A stretch of 63,888 nucleotides of DNA, the filler included. It is 8 parts of 8 records of this genome, joined end to end, with 100 filler letters (N's around TTAATTAATTAA, not from the genome) between each part and the next. Parts side by side here need not be neighbours in the genome. Positions count along the whole stretch, not along the records: positions 12,950 to 28,595 come from DRR723986_44556; positions 28,696 to 33,916 come from DRR723986_44620; 6 more parts are not named here. The stretch is one strand, 5' to 3'. Below are positions 20,238 to 30,686 of this stretch, piece by piece. Both the position numbers and the translations under genes were made by a program. How positions within the stretch are numbered: position 1 is the stretch's first letter; each line of letters opens with the position of its first letter. The notes below the pieces were generated by a model. The model searched no databases. It saw nothing but the letters and a program-made list of their open reading frames with translations, and had not been told where the DNA came from.

Positions 20238-21992
20238 ATGAAAAAATCATTGATAATACTAGCTACGGCATTACTCTCCATCCTCTCATTCAGTTCGTGT
20301 GAAGACTTTTTGGAGACCGAGCCTTTCGATAAACTGGTACCAAATACGTTCTTCCAGTCTGAAAAAGACCTGGAGTTATACACCACCTCCTTTTACCAAC
20401 GAATGCTTCCAAGTGGATTGGAAGTTGTTCAAAGCGATGAATTGGGGGATTTCACCTCCAAAAACCAATCTCCAACTTTTATTGCAGGAAACTATTCTTC
20501 TGTGAATGAGGGAGCCTGGAGTTGGACCGACCTGAGAAATATTAATTATTTCCTGGAAAACTATGATAATGAGGTAATCCCTCAGGAAGCCAGAGATCAT
20601 TATGAGGGGATTGCAAGATTCTTCAGAGCTTGGTTCTATTTCGAAAAGGTGAAAAGATACGGGGATGTTCCCTGGTATGATAAGACCTTGGCTACTTCAG
20701 ATGAAGATGGGTTGTATAAACCACGGGATTCCCGTGAATTGGTCATGGAAAATGTAATGGCTGATTTGAATTTTGCTGTGGAAAATATCCGGGATGCCAA
20801 GGATAACAGCTCCTCCCTAATCACCCGTCAGGTGGCACTGGCCTTTAAGTCAAGAGTGGCTTTGTTTGAAGGAACCTTTAGAAAATACCATGAGGAAGCA
20901 GGTCTTTCAAGCAGTGCAAATGAATTTTTGTCCGAAGCTGCCGATGCTGCGAGGAAAGTAATGGATTCTGGGAAGTATTCAATTTACAACACCGGTAGCC
21001 CGGCTTCTGATTACAGAGCGCTTTTTACCAGCGAAAATCCGGTAAACACCGAAGTAATGCTTGCTGTAGTCTACAATAACGCGTTGAGAAGATGGCACAA
21101 CATCACCTGGAAATTCAACTCAGCAACCTACGGATCTAGATGGGGTTTGAATAAGCAGTTTGTCAATACCTATCTAATGACTGACGGAACTAGATTTTCA
21201 GACAAGCAAGGCTTTGATGAACTACTTTTTGTGGATGAAATGAAAGATAGGGATTATCGTCTTGCCCAAACCGTACGATCCTTAGGCTATACCAGAAGTG
21301 ATGGAAGTGCTGCCCCACCTAATTTCGGCTACACGTTTACCGGATACCATATATTAAAACATAGCCTGGATGATAAAAGATTGGATGGAATTTCTGAATC
21401 CTACAATTCTATCCCTTTAATCAGATATGCTGAAGTGCTTTTGAATTATGCAGAGGCAAAGGCCGAGTTGGGGCAATTCGACGAGTCGATATGGAACATG
21501 ACTATTGCACCACTACGTGAACGGGGAGGAGTAACTCCTATAATTCCCGCTTCAGCTGATAGCTACCTTCAAAGCACATATTATCCGGGTATTTCGGATA
21601 AGTACTTATTGGAAATCAGAAGGGAAAGAGGGATTGAGCTTTGCTATGAAGGGTTCCGATACGATGATTTACTGAGATGGAGAAAGGGAGAGTTGGTCGA
21701 AATGCAGTGGAAAGGCATCTATGTGCCAGCCTTGGATTTTCCTATGGATCTGGATGGAAACGGTACACCTGATGTGTCTTTTGTAAACACTGTTCCCGCA
21801 AGCAAATTACCGGGTGTTATTTACTTTATCATAGATGGTAAAGCCTCCCAGCTATCTGAGGGTTCAAAGGGCCATTTAATCTGGAGAGATGATGAGAATA
21901 GGGAGTTCCTAGACAAAAAGTACCTGCATCCAATATCCAATACAGATATTGTGCTGAACCCGAATCTGGAACAAAATCCGGGTTGGGACTGA
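20238..21992 (+). CDS. susD: SusD/RagB lipoprotein
   Basis: Lipobox SSC; ARFFRAWFYF, RYAEVLLNYAEA, EIRRERGIELCYEGFRYDDLLRW, QNPGW. Confidence 0.95.
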   Translation: MKKSLIILATALLSILSFSSCEDFLETEPFDKLVPNTFFQSEKDLELYTTSFYQRMLPSGLEVVQSDELGDFTSKNQSPTFIAGNYSSVNEGAWSWTDLRNINYFLENYDNEVIPQEARDHYEGIARFFRAWFYFEKVKRYGDVPWYDKTLATSDEDGLYKPRDSRELVMENVMADLNFAVENIRDAKDNSSSLITRQVALAFKSRVALFEGTFRKYHEEAGLSSSANEFLSEAADAARKVMDSGKYSIYNTGSPASDYRALFTSENPVNTEVMLAVVYNNALRRWHNITWKFNSATYGSRWGLNKQFVNTYLMTDGTRFSDKQGFDELLFVDEMKDRDYRLAQTVRSLGYTRSDGSAAPPNFGYTFTGYHILKHSLDDKRLDGISESYNSIPLIRYAEVLLNYAEAKAELGQFDESIWNMTIAPLRERGGVTPIIPASADSYLQSTYYPGISDKYLLEIRRERGIELCYEGFRYDDLLRWRKGELVEMQWKGIYVPALDFPMDLDGNGTPDVSFVNTVPASKLPGVIYFIIDGKASQLSEGSKGHLIWRDDENREFLDKKYLHPISNTDIVLNPNLEQNPGWD

Positions 21993-22011
21993 TCAAATGG
22001 ATTAAGTAGCC

Positions 22012-23178
22012 ATGCAATATAAAATTAAAAGTCTACTGCTGATGGTCATGACCATCAGCAGTATTTCCTTAGCACAGCATAGCAAAGTGATCATCCCGGA
22101 TATCCCAGGGTATTATACCTTGAAAGGAGATTTTCATATGCATACCGTCTTTTCAGATGGACATGTCTGGCCGACTTTCCGAGTAAATGAGGCGATCAGA
22201 GATGACTTGGACGTGATTTCCCTTACAGAGCATATTGATTACGAAGGTTTTCCTGATATTATAGATCAGGATTATAACAAACCCTATGAGTTAGCCAGTA
22301 AGGCAGCTGCAGATAAGGATTTGATTGTCATTAGAGGAGTTGAGATTTCACCTAGAGTAGCACCTTACCATCACAATGCCCTGTTTCTGGAGGATGCAAA
22401 TAATATACCCACAGCTTATATGAAAAGTGGCAAAGCTGAATTTGTAATGAAGGATGAAATTACGCATGACCAGCTGATGGGGTCATTTCTTGCGGTCAAA
22501 AAGCAAAATGCATTTGTGGTTTATAATCACCCAGGTTGGGGATGGTGGGACAAAAAAGATACCGTATTATTCACGTCTTTTCATCAGGAATTATTGGATT
22601 TGGAAATTCTAAAAGGCGTGGAAGTGGTAAACTCGGGGAATTACAATGTGATCGCTCACAGAATGGCATTGGAGCATGATTTGGCGATGGTTTGCAATAC
22701 AGATGAGCATTACGATAATTATCCTCGATACAAGGATACCCACCGTCCCATGACTCTGGTGTTTGCAAAAGAAAGATCGGCAGCGGGGGTAGAGGAAGCA
22801 CTTTTTGCAAAAAGGACAGCCTTGTATTTCGGGGATTATCTGGTGGCAAGAAAGCCAGAAGCTGAAGCATTGTTTAAATCCTCCGTACAGGTAACCGCAG
22901 AACGTAAACTGAGAAAAGCTGAGCCGCTAATGGTGCTGAACTTTGTTAATTCAAGTGATATTCCATTCGTAACCAAGATGAAATCAGACTACGATATTGA
23001 AGGATTTCCTATGGGACAGGTTGAAATTGCAGCCCACGATACTACTCAGGTAATATTAAAAGCTGTTTGGAAGTATCCGTCAGAAACGACTCTTAATGTG
23101 GTGGTGGAAAATATTCTTGTTACTCCTGATGCAGGTTTGGAGACTGAATTCACCATTGCTACTGAACCCAAGAAGTAG
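22012..23178 (+). CDS. Secreted PHP-domain phosphoesterase (Sb-PDE-like phosphodiesterase)
   Basis: DFHMHTVFSDG, LTEH, HHNALF, NHPGW, NTDEH metal-binding motifs; signal peptide. Confidence 0.82.
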   Translation: MQYKIKSLLLMVMTISSISLAQHSKVIIPDIPGYYTLKGDFHMHTVFSDGHVWPTFRVNEAIRDDLDVISLTEHIDYEGFPDIIDQDYNKPYELASKAAADKDLIVIRGVEISPRVAPYHHNALFLEDANNIPTAYMKSGKAEFVMKDEITHDQLMGSFLAVKKQNAFVVYNHPGWGWWDKKDTVLFTSFHQELLDLEILKGVEVVNSGNYNVIAHRMALEHDLAMVCNTDEHYDNYPRYKDTHRPMTLVFAKERSAAGVEEALFAKRTALYFGDYLVARKPEAEALFKSSVQVTAERKLRKAEPLMVLNFVNSSDIPFVTKMKSDYDIEGFPMGQVEIAAHDTTQVILKAVWKYPSETTLNVVVENILVTPDAGLETEFTIATEPKK

Positions 23179-23184
23179 GAGAAT

Positions 23185-23978
23185 ATGCTGTTGATACAAA
23201 GAAGGGTATATTTTACTTTTGTTATTTTGTTTGTGGGGTGTGCACATTTTGCCAATGCCCAATCACTTAGGGTAAGGTAATGTCCTATAATATCCATCAT
23301 GGAGCTGATAAGGATGAAGTGAATACACTTCAGAAAATGGGAGAGTTTATCAAAAACTCCAACGCAGACCTAGTCGGATTACAAGAAGTAGACAGTCTTT
23401 GCAATAGGTCGGAACAGGTGGATCAGATGAAGAAGCTGGCTGAAATTACAGGAATGTATTATGCTTTTCAACGCCATTTCGAATATGACGGGGGTGCCTA
23501 TGGCTTAGGTGTTTTATCCAGGTTTCCCATAGCCAGCCAGCAAAATGATCAGATCACTTCCATTAAAAATGGAGAAAACAAGACCCTTGCTTTGCTATCA
23601 ACAGTGATTTCACTTCCTGGTGGAAAAGAAGTAAAATTTGCTACTGTTCACTTTGCCTTGGATCAATCCACCCGATTGATCCAGGCTCGTGAAGCACTGG
23701 GTTTTCTGGAATCAAAACTTCCTGTAATTCTTACGGGAGACTTCAATGCAGAACCAAATACTGAAGAAATAGAGTTGCTGGCAAGCAGCTATAATATGAA
23801 TGATGCTACTCTTGGAAATACCTTTCCGGCTGGGAATCCTAGTAAGAAGATAGATTACATCTGGCTAAGTAAGTTTTGTCAAAAGTTAGAAATACCCGTT
23901 CAAATCCCAATATCCATTACCTATTCCGATCACCTTCCTCTTGTGGCTACTATAATGCTAGACTGCAGTGAATGGTGA
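23185..23978 (+). pseudogene. Endonuclease/exonuclease/phosphatase (EEP) family gene, frameshifted between signal peptide and catalytic domain
   Basis: ATG 23185 encodes MLLIQRRVYFTFVILFVGCAHFANAQSLRVR*; the GGTAAGGTAA duplication at 23271-23280 shifts the frame; the catalytic part has SYNIHHG, GLQEVD, GDFN, IDYI, SDHLP. Confidence 0.75.
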
Positions 23979-24000
23979 ATTGGTTAGTTCAAAATCAGTT

Positions 24001-24831
24001 ATGAAATATTTACGCAATTGCTTTTTATTCTTTTTGATAATGATCCTTTATTCCTGTGCTCAGGCACAGGAACCAACCTCAGTCACTCCTGCTGATGAGG
24101 AAGTTGATATAAGTGAAGGTTTGGAAATGAAGGTGTTGAGTTATAATGTGCACCATTGCAATCCACCGAGTAAACCCGGATTAATCGATGTGGATGGAAT
24201 TGCTAAAGTGATTAACGATTCCAACGCAGACTTGGTGGGGCTACAGGAAATAGATGTAAACAACGAGCGCTCAGGAGTACACCTTGATCAGGCAGAAAAG
24301 TTAGCCGAACTTACGGGCATGCATTTCTTTTTTTCAAAAGGGATTGATTACAAAGGTGGGGCATACGGGTCAGCAATTTTGTCTAAATATCCTATTTCTG
24401 AGATGGAGACAATTCTATTGCCGATGGAAACCGGGACAGAACAGCGCACACTTTCCGTTCTTACTGCAGCGTTACCGGATGGTCAGAAGATAAGGTTTGC
24501 CAATACCCATCTGGATTTTACCAGTGATGAAAATGCGCTGGCACAGGCCCAAGCAATCACTTTCTATTTCAAAAATGAGCTTAAGCCCATTGTCTTGGCT
24601 GGAGACTTTAATGCTGAGGCAGGAAGTAAGACTATCGCTCATTTGGATGAAGTGTTTGATAGAAGCTGTGAGCAAGGTTGTCCTCCTACCATTCCCGTGG
24701 TGAATCCCCGTAAAACCATTGATTTTATTTTTTACTCCCCAGGAATTGGAGTCCAGACTTTATTGCACGAAGTAATACAGGAGCACTATGCCTCAGATCA
24801 TTTACCTGTATTGGCAAAGTTGAAATTTTAG
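24001..24831 (+). CDS. EEP-family phosphoesterase, probable lipoprotein
   Basis: Lipobox LYSC; SYNVHH, GLQEID, THLD, GDFN, IDFI, SDHLP. Confidence 0.88.
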   Translation: MKYLRNCFLFFLIMILYSCAQAQEPTSVTPADEEVDISEGLEMKVLSYNVHHCNPPSKPGLIDVDGIAKVINDSNADLVGLQEIDVNNERSGVHLDQAEKLAELTGMHFFFSKGIDYKGGAYGSAILSKYPISEMETILLPMETGTEQRTLSVLTAALPDGQKIRFANTHLDFTSDENALAQAQAITFYFKNELKPIVLAGDFNAEAGSKTIAHLDEVFDRSCEQGCPPTIPVVNPRKTIDFIFYSPGIGVQTLLHEVIQEHYASDHLPVLAKLKF

Positions 24832-25878
24832 CTTTGATATCTCTCCAAAGAGAAGGGTTCTACTTAGAAACAGCGTGATTTAATAGATGATTTTAAATGA
24901 AAGAATGATCTTAAAATTAATGAAAAGTATAATTGTAATGCATTTATAATGTGTGACTTAAAATCCTTTAACTTGGCTTTTAAAAGGTGTTTTGTAAACT
25001 AATTGTGATTGACGGTGTATAATCATTTTATGTTTTTTCTATTCCTTCTTTTGCAAATTTAGCCTGTGTACGTTATAAAGCCAGCGCTCCTGCCTTTGCT
25101 GGTTTATTCCGTTTCCTCATGCTCTTAGTGCAAAAAACGATGAAATTGATTCCCTGCTGGTAATTCAAGTTTACCCATAGATTATTATACAAATTTACTC
25201 CTCGTTGGTGGGGCAAACTGACCCGCGTCAGAAATTGTTTTTTTTGGAAAAGAATAGGAGGCTATTAAGATCTACATATGAATAAGTCCAAAATCATAAC
25301 CTCCCATTTACCAGTAAGTTCATCGTCTGAATTCATCGAAGCCCCCCCTCTGGCAGATGGATTTTGGACTGAATTGTTCCTGATTCACACCGCGTCGAAT
25401 AAATGTGGAGAATCCATAAGAAAATGTAAAATCCATCCTACAAATCAATAATTTAAGCGCGACTAGGTCCACTGTTCCGGACCACAAAAATCAATATAAA
25501 ATGGGTGGCAATTGTAGCGCTGATAGGAGGTCCATTTGATCACTACATTCAATCGTCACTTCGGAAAGATTTTATTCGTTGCATACGTAGTGGAGCTTAA
25601 GTCTCCTTTTGCTGCGATGATAAAGTGTTTTTTTGAGGACATGGTTTCAAATGGTTTTTTTTTGACAGAATGAAGAAAAATATTGTTAGAAACCTTCGAA
25701 TAATTGTAATAACCACGGGTTTTATCTATTTGGAGTGTTATTGGTAGTATTAAAAAAGAGGTTGATTAATAAAAAAATGTTGTTGATTTTGTTTTTTTAC
25801 CTGCAAAAACACCTTAGAAAAAAGTAGCTGCCAGAATATTTAGCTTAGAAAGTTGAATGAGGAAAAATTCAATTTTCT

Positions 25879-28239
25879 ATGATGACTCTGGATTTTTTTA
25901 AATTGGCTCAAGGGAGTATTAAGATTTCATTGGCTGTCATTCTGATTTGTTTCACTTTCAGCCCTGCTAAAGCGCAGGAAATAAAAGTCTTAGCAGATCA
26001 GGTTACTTTTACCAGCCCAGCTGATAAAATGACTTCTATGGTGGGATGTGGTTTTTTGAATTTGGGTCCCTGTTACAGTGCCACCGTCCAATACCCTGGA
26101 TACGCGGTGCTGGAAGATAATCAGTATGCCCGTCTTTTGTCAAGCCCCGGATTATTGGCCGGCTTGGGAAGTTATGACGGAGAAATTGAATTGAAATTTC
26201 CTGTAACCGTTCCTGCTGATACCTGGTCCTATGTGAGGATTGGGGCAGATGAAAACCTCTTGCAGCTATTAACTGGGGGAAGTCTAGGAGAGTTTTTATC
26301 CACTACCCTTGGACTGGTTATTTTGGGTGAACAGGAAATTAAAATTGATGTCAGAAACTCTTCCGGTGCCACTGTGTTGACCAGAAACAGTACCCAGGGT
26401 TTTGATACGGATGATGTTCGATTAGTGCAGGATAAGAATGGATATTACTACCTTGCTCTGAAACCAAACCTGCCATATGATAGGATCCGCTTGTCGAATC
26501 GGTCCACTGCATTGGCTGGGCTTGGTTCGGAATATACCCTGGATGTCTGGTATGCCTTTTATTTTGAAGTGGATCCCTGTTCGGTGGTTCCTACATTCAC
26601 CAGCTATGATGGAAGCGGAATCAATTTAGACCTAGTGGACCTGAATCCCCCTGTCTTAGGATTGGAACTTGCTGTGGATAGGGACTTGGAAACTTTCTCT
26701 GAGATTTCACTTGGAGTTATAGGGCTAGCCGGAACGGTTGAACAGCTAATCTATTTCAATTCTCCCGTGGAGCCGGGTAATGAAATCACAGTCAGCCTTG
26801 CTTCAGGTCAATCACTGGTCGATCTGGATCTATTAGAATATGTGGAACTAGTAGCGTATTCAGACGGTGTAATCGTTAGTTCGGTTACCGCTTCTACCTT
26901 ATTAGACCTGGATGTATTGGGCCTTTTCTCCACTGGTGAATTTTTCGATTTCCCGATAAGTAGTGATGATTATCCGATTGACCGTATAGGAATAAAAATT
27001 TCATCTCTGCTAGGTCTAGGTGTCTTGGAAGGGAATCTTCAGATCAGTGAAACACAAGTGCGGCCCAAAAGGCCTGAAATTACACTGGAATCGGAAGATG
27101 GGGCTTTTCAAATTTGTCAGGGACAAACGGTCACAATAAGCCCAGAAAACATAGCTGGGGGAGAATTAAATTGGTACCGGATAGAAGGAGAAGAAGAGAT
27201 TGCCATAGGCACCATGGATTCTTATACCACCTCTGAGGAACTTCCTGCAGGAGATTATCAATTTTCTGTCAAATCCACTGGCTTACTTTGTAGCGGAGAA
27301 AGTGAACCATCAATTTTTCAGGTAAAGGTTTTGCCCGCACCATCTTTGGCAAACTTTACTGTTACCCCATCTGGAGAGGTGGGGATAGATGAAAATGGCC
27401 TTTTTACTTATATAGAAGGAATCAATCCGGTAATTCTTACCCCAGCCTTGACTGATTGGTCAGGTGAAGGGGAATTCAAATGGTACCAGGACGAGAATCA
27501 AACTGTTGAAATCCAACATGGGAGTTTGGTGGATGGGGTGTCTTACTCAGTGGATGAAGGAAGCTTGAGTATTTCTGGGCTGACCTACTCAGACCAGTTT
27601 GATCCGATCAATTATTTTCTGGTTTGGCAACCTGAAGAAGGATGTTCAGCACCTTCACCGAAATTAGTGAGTTTGAATTCTATGGCTAGGATATTAAACA
27701 GATCCGTCCAGTTTTTTCATGCAGAAACACGACCGGAAAGAACGGTTTTGGTAGAATGGAAAGTCCATGAAAATTCATTGTCAAGCTCTGTGGTCCTGGA
27801 AAGAAGCGGTTCCGATATGATTTTCAAAGAGATCTGGAATGGGAATCTTAAGGATGGGGAGTATGGGAGCTTTGAGGATACTAACCCCATGTTCGGTGAT
27901 AATTATTATAGGATTCGGGTAATTTCGGATACTGGAGTTGCGCCTTTGGTTTCAAAACTTAACAGGGTCTTCATTCCCCATTTTTCAGAAGCTGAATTAT
28001 TTGTTTACCCTAATCATTTCAAGGATTCTTTTTCTATTGGTACTACTGAATACAGTGCTAAGAAACTAACCTACTATCTCTACTCCAGTCAGGGTGCGCT
28101 TGTCGCAAATGGACAGGCATTAATTGAGCCACAATCGCCTTTCATGATAGTAAATTTGGAATCAATTGCCTTGGGTGAGTATTTTTTATTGTTGTTTGAC
28201 CAAGAAGTCAAACATAGTTTTCATTTGATAAAAAAATGA
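25879..28239 (+). CDS. T9SS type-A CTD surface protein with Ig-like domains
   Basis: Signal peptide (AKA-Q); IC.GQTVT...WY Ig-like motif; C-terminal VYPN...YSSQG..V...L..GEYFL...LIKK. Confidence 0.75.
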   Translation: MMTLDFFKLAQGSIKISLAVILICFTFSPAKAQEIKVLADQVTFTSPADKMTSMVGCGFLNLGPCYSATVQYPGYAVLEDNQYARLLSSPGLLAGLGSYDGEIELKFPVTVPADTWSYVRIGADENLLQLLTGGSLGEFLSTTLGLVILGEQEIKIDVRNSSGATVLTRNSTQGFDTDDVRLVQDKNGYYYLALKPNLPYDRIRLSNRSTALAGLGSEYTLDVWYAFYFEVDPCSVVPTFTSYDGSGINLDLVDLNPPVLGLELAVDRDLETFSEISLGVIGLAGTVEQLIYFNSPVEPGNEITVSLASGQSLVDLDLLEYVELVAYSDGVIVSSVTASTLLDLDVLGLFSTGEFFDFPISSDDYPIDRIGIKISSLLGLGVLEGNLQISETQVRPKRPEITLESEDGAFQICQGQTVTISPENIAGGELNWYRIEGEEEIAIGTMDSYTTSEELPAGDYQFSVKSTGLLCSGESEPSIFQVKVLPAPSLANFTVTPSGEVGIDENGLFTYIEGINPVILTPALTDWSGEGEFKWYQDENQTVEIQHGSLVDGVSYSVDEGSLSISGLTYSDQFDPINYFLVWQPEEGCSAPSPKLVSLNSMARILNRSVQFFHAETRPERTVLVEWKVHENSLSSSVVLERSGSDMIFKEIWNGNLKDGEYGSFEDTNPMFGDNYYRIRVISDTGVAPLVSKLNRVFIPHFSEAELFVYPNHFKDSFSIGTTEYSAKKLTYYLYSSQGALVANGQALIEPQSPFMIVNLESIALGEYFLLLFDQEVKHSFHLIKK

Positions 28240-28595
28240 ATTTAATTTTTAGTGAACTTGGTATGAAGTTCATTATGGTTTTCAGATGCATGGAATGGGT
28301 GAGGTATTATTAAATCAAGTCTGTTTTATGGTTAGTATCGGGTTCGGATTATCGTGGCATCCTGATCCCAGTACTGTTTTTTATTCGAATACATTCTGTA
28401 AAATTTGATGTTTTCTGAGGATTTAAAAGGATAAGTTAGACTTAAGAATTGAGGCTGTTTCAGCCTGTGCTGTCAGTGCGGGAATCTTAGGGCATCGATC
28501 TTCCGACCAGATAATCAAATAATCTAAGTTGACTGCCATCTTTGCGGATAAGAAAAAATTTTACTAGCCGTGAATGTGATGAATGAAGCAGATTG

Positions 28596-28695
28596 NNNNN
28601 NNNNNNNNNNNNNNNNNNNNNNNNNNNNNNNNNNNNNNNTTAATTAATTAANNNNNNNNNNNNNNNNNNNNNNNNNNNNNNNNNNNNNNNNNNNN
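28596..28695. other. Artificial contig linker
   Basis: N-run with TTAATTAATTAA; sequence is visibly more GC-rich after it. Confidence 0.99.
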
Positions 28696-28924
28696 TCCCC
28701 CGCAAGCGGTTGGAGGTGACAGCGCACGGGTTGTCCCGCCCGCCGCCAACAGCCGGCAGTTTTTCGCGTTGCCGACACGCCCGCAACGGTCTGCCGCTAT
28801 GTCACGGCTCGCATCACCTCACGTCTCTCCTAACGGGAGGGGTGAGGAATATATGGTCGCAGAACACGTGGTCCGGCCTGACCTCTGCGAGGGGGCCCAA
28901 AGGAATAGCGAAGTGCTGCGGAGA

Positions 28925-29494
28925 TTAGTTGTTGACGCGTTCGACGTAGTCGCCGGTCCGCGTGTCAACTTTGATCACGTTGCCTTGCTTGATAAAACCT
29001 GGCACTGTGAATTCAGCTCCGGTTTCGACCGTCGCAGGCTTGGTGACGCTGGTCGCCGTATCGCCCTTCGCTCCAGGCTCGCACTCGGTGACTTCCAATT
29101 CGACCTGGATGGGGGGAGCCATGGTGATCGGGTTGCCGTTGAATAGCATTACCGAGCACTTCATGCCGTCTTTGAGATATTTCCAAGCGTCGTGGATCTG
29201 ATCAGCGGACAATTCATACTGCTCGAAAGTTTCGTCCTGCATGAATACGAACGTGTCGCCCTGTTTATACAAGTACTGGACGGAGATCTCCTCCACATCG
29301 GCAGCTTCTAGCTCGTCGCCGCCCTTGTATGTGCGGTCCAGGATCGTTCCCTTAAGCAAATTGCGAAGCTTACACTTGTAAAGGGCGTTTCCCTTTCCAG
29401 GTTTGACGAACGTCATTTCGGTCATCAAATAAGGGTCGCCGTCGATTTGAACCTTTAAACCCTTGCGAAAATCATTAGTCTTGTAGCTTGCCAC
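28925..29494 (-). CDS. efp: Elongation factor P
   Basis: KPGKG loop, PGAKGDT, KPATVETG, IKVDTRTGDYVER. Confidence 0.97.
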   Translation of the reverse strand: MASYKTNDFRKGLKVQIDGDPYLMTEMTFVKPGKGNALYKCKLRNLLKGTILDRTYKGGDELEAADVEEISVQYLYKQGDTFVFMQDETFEQYELSADQIHDAWKYLKDGMKCSVMLFNGNPITMAPPIQVELEVTECEPGAKGDTATSVTKPATVETGAEFTVPGFIKQGNVIKVDTRTGDYVERVNN

Positions 29495-29614
29495 GGGATG
29501 TCCTTCGGTTCTACGACAGTTCTTCGAATATAAGAGTACAGGCGTCTGGCGGGGTAGAAGTTCTCAAGTGAGACTCCCCGTTTGAGGCGTAGACGCGAGT
29601 TACGGATCAGTTTA

Positions 29615-30658
29615 ATGGCGACGATTTTAGCCACAACGCCCGAGTATGTCGAAGGCACTTCCGGCTCGACGGCTTCGGACCAGTGCGATCAGCCGCGTTG
29701 GCAGGAAAGCTTGAAGAATGCCGTTCGGACGGCTGGCGAGCTAGCCGAAATACTCAACCTGCCGCCCAACACTGCCCAGCACGAAAGCAATTTCCCGATC
29801 GTTGTCCCTCGGGAGTTTATCGCCAGGATGAAGCACGGCGACCCGGCGGACCCACTGCTTCGCCAAGTCCTGCCGGCAGGTGCCGAGTCGGACGCGGCCC
29901 AGCAGGTTTCCGGGGCGCTAGACCCCGTCGGTGATCTCAATGCAACTCGGCAAGACGGGCTGATACAGAAGTATCGAGGAAGATTGCTGGTTATCGCCAG
30001 TGGGATCTGCGCGGTTAATTGTCGGTACTGTTTCCGCCGACATTTCCCGTACGAAAAATCGCCCAAAGGTCACGCCGCCCTGGACCAAGCCCTGAAGATG
30101 CTTCGCAAGGATTCGACTCTTGACGAAGTGATTCTCAGTGGCGGCGATCCGTTGATGCTAGCGGACAAGACCATCGCCGCCTTCACCGAGCAGTTGGAGA
30201 CGCTGGATCACATCAAGCGATTGCGGGTCCACACGAGATTGCCCGTCGTGATTCCGTCAAGAATCTGTGATTCGCTTACGGATTGGGTCCGCAATTGCGG
30301 AAAGTCAGTCTACTTTGTCCTGCACTTTAATCACGCCAATGAAATTGATCAGAGCACAATTTCAGCGATTACTCAACTGCGAGCATCGGGGGCAACGGTT
30401 CTCAATCAAGCCGTCTTGTTGAAAGGCGTCAACGATAGCTTCGCTGTACAACGCGATCTATGCGAGAAATTAGTGAACAACAACGTGCTTCCGTACTACT
30501 TGCACCAGCTCGACGCCGTGCGAGGAGCCATGCACTTTGAGACAGACGAGCAGCTTGGGCGCGAGATTGTGGCGCAGTTGCGTGAGCACCTGCCGGGCTT
30601 TGCCGTTCCACGGTTTGTCCGAGAGATTCCCGGCCAGCCCAGCAAGACTCCACTGTAG
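29615..30658 (+). CDS. epmB: EF-P beta-lysylation protein EpmB (KamA-family radical SAM)
   Basis: CAVNCRYCFRRHFPY, ILSGGDPL, RVHTRLPVVIP, YYLHQLD, C-terminal SKTPL; divergent from efp. Confidence 0.93.
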   Translation: MATILATTPEYVEGTSGSTASDQCDQPRWQESLKNAVRTAGELAEILNLPPNTAQHESNFPIVVPREFIARMKHGDPADPLLRQVLPAGAESDAAQQVSGALDPVGDLNATRQDGLIQKYRGRLLVIASGICAVNCRYCFRRHFPYEKSPKGHAALDQALKMLRKDSTLDEVILSGGDPLMLADKTIAAFTEQLETLDHIKRLRVHTRLPVVIPSRICDSLTDWVRNCGKSVYFVLHFNHANEIDQSTISAITQLRASGATVLNQAVLLKGVNDSFAVQRDLCEKLVNNNVLPYYLHQLDAVRGAMHFETDEQLGREIVAQLREHLPGFAVPRFVREIPGQPSKTPL

Positions 30659-30686
30659 AAGTCTACGCCCCCGAAGGGCGTGGCGG

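Noticed and set aside
28925-30658. efp/epmB without epmA
   Set aside because: Divergent efp-epmB is a common arrangement and the contig is short; epmA may lie elsewhere.
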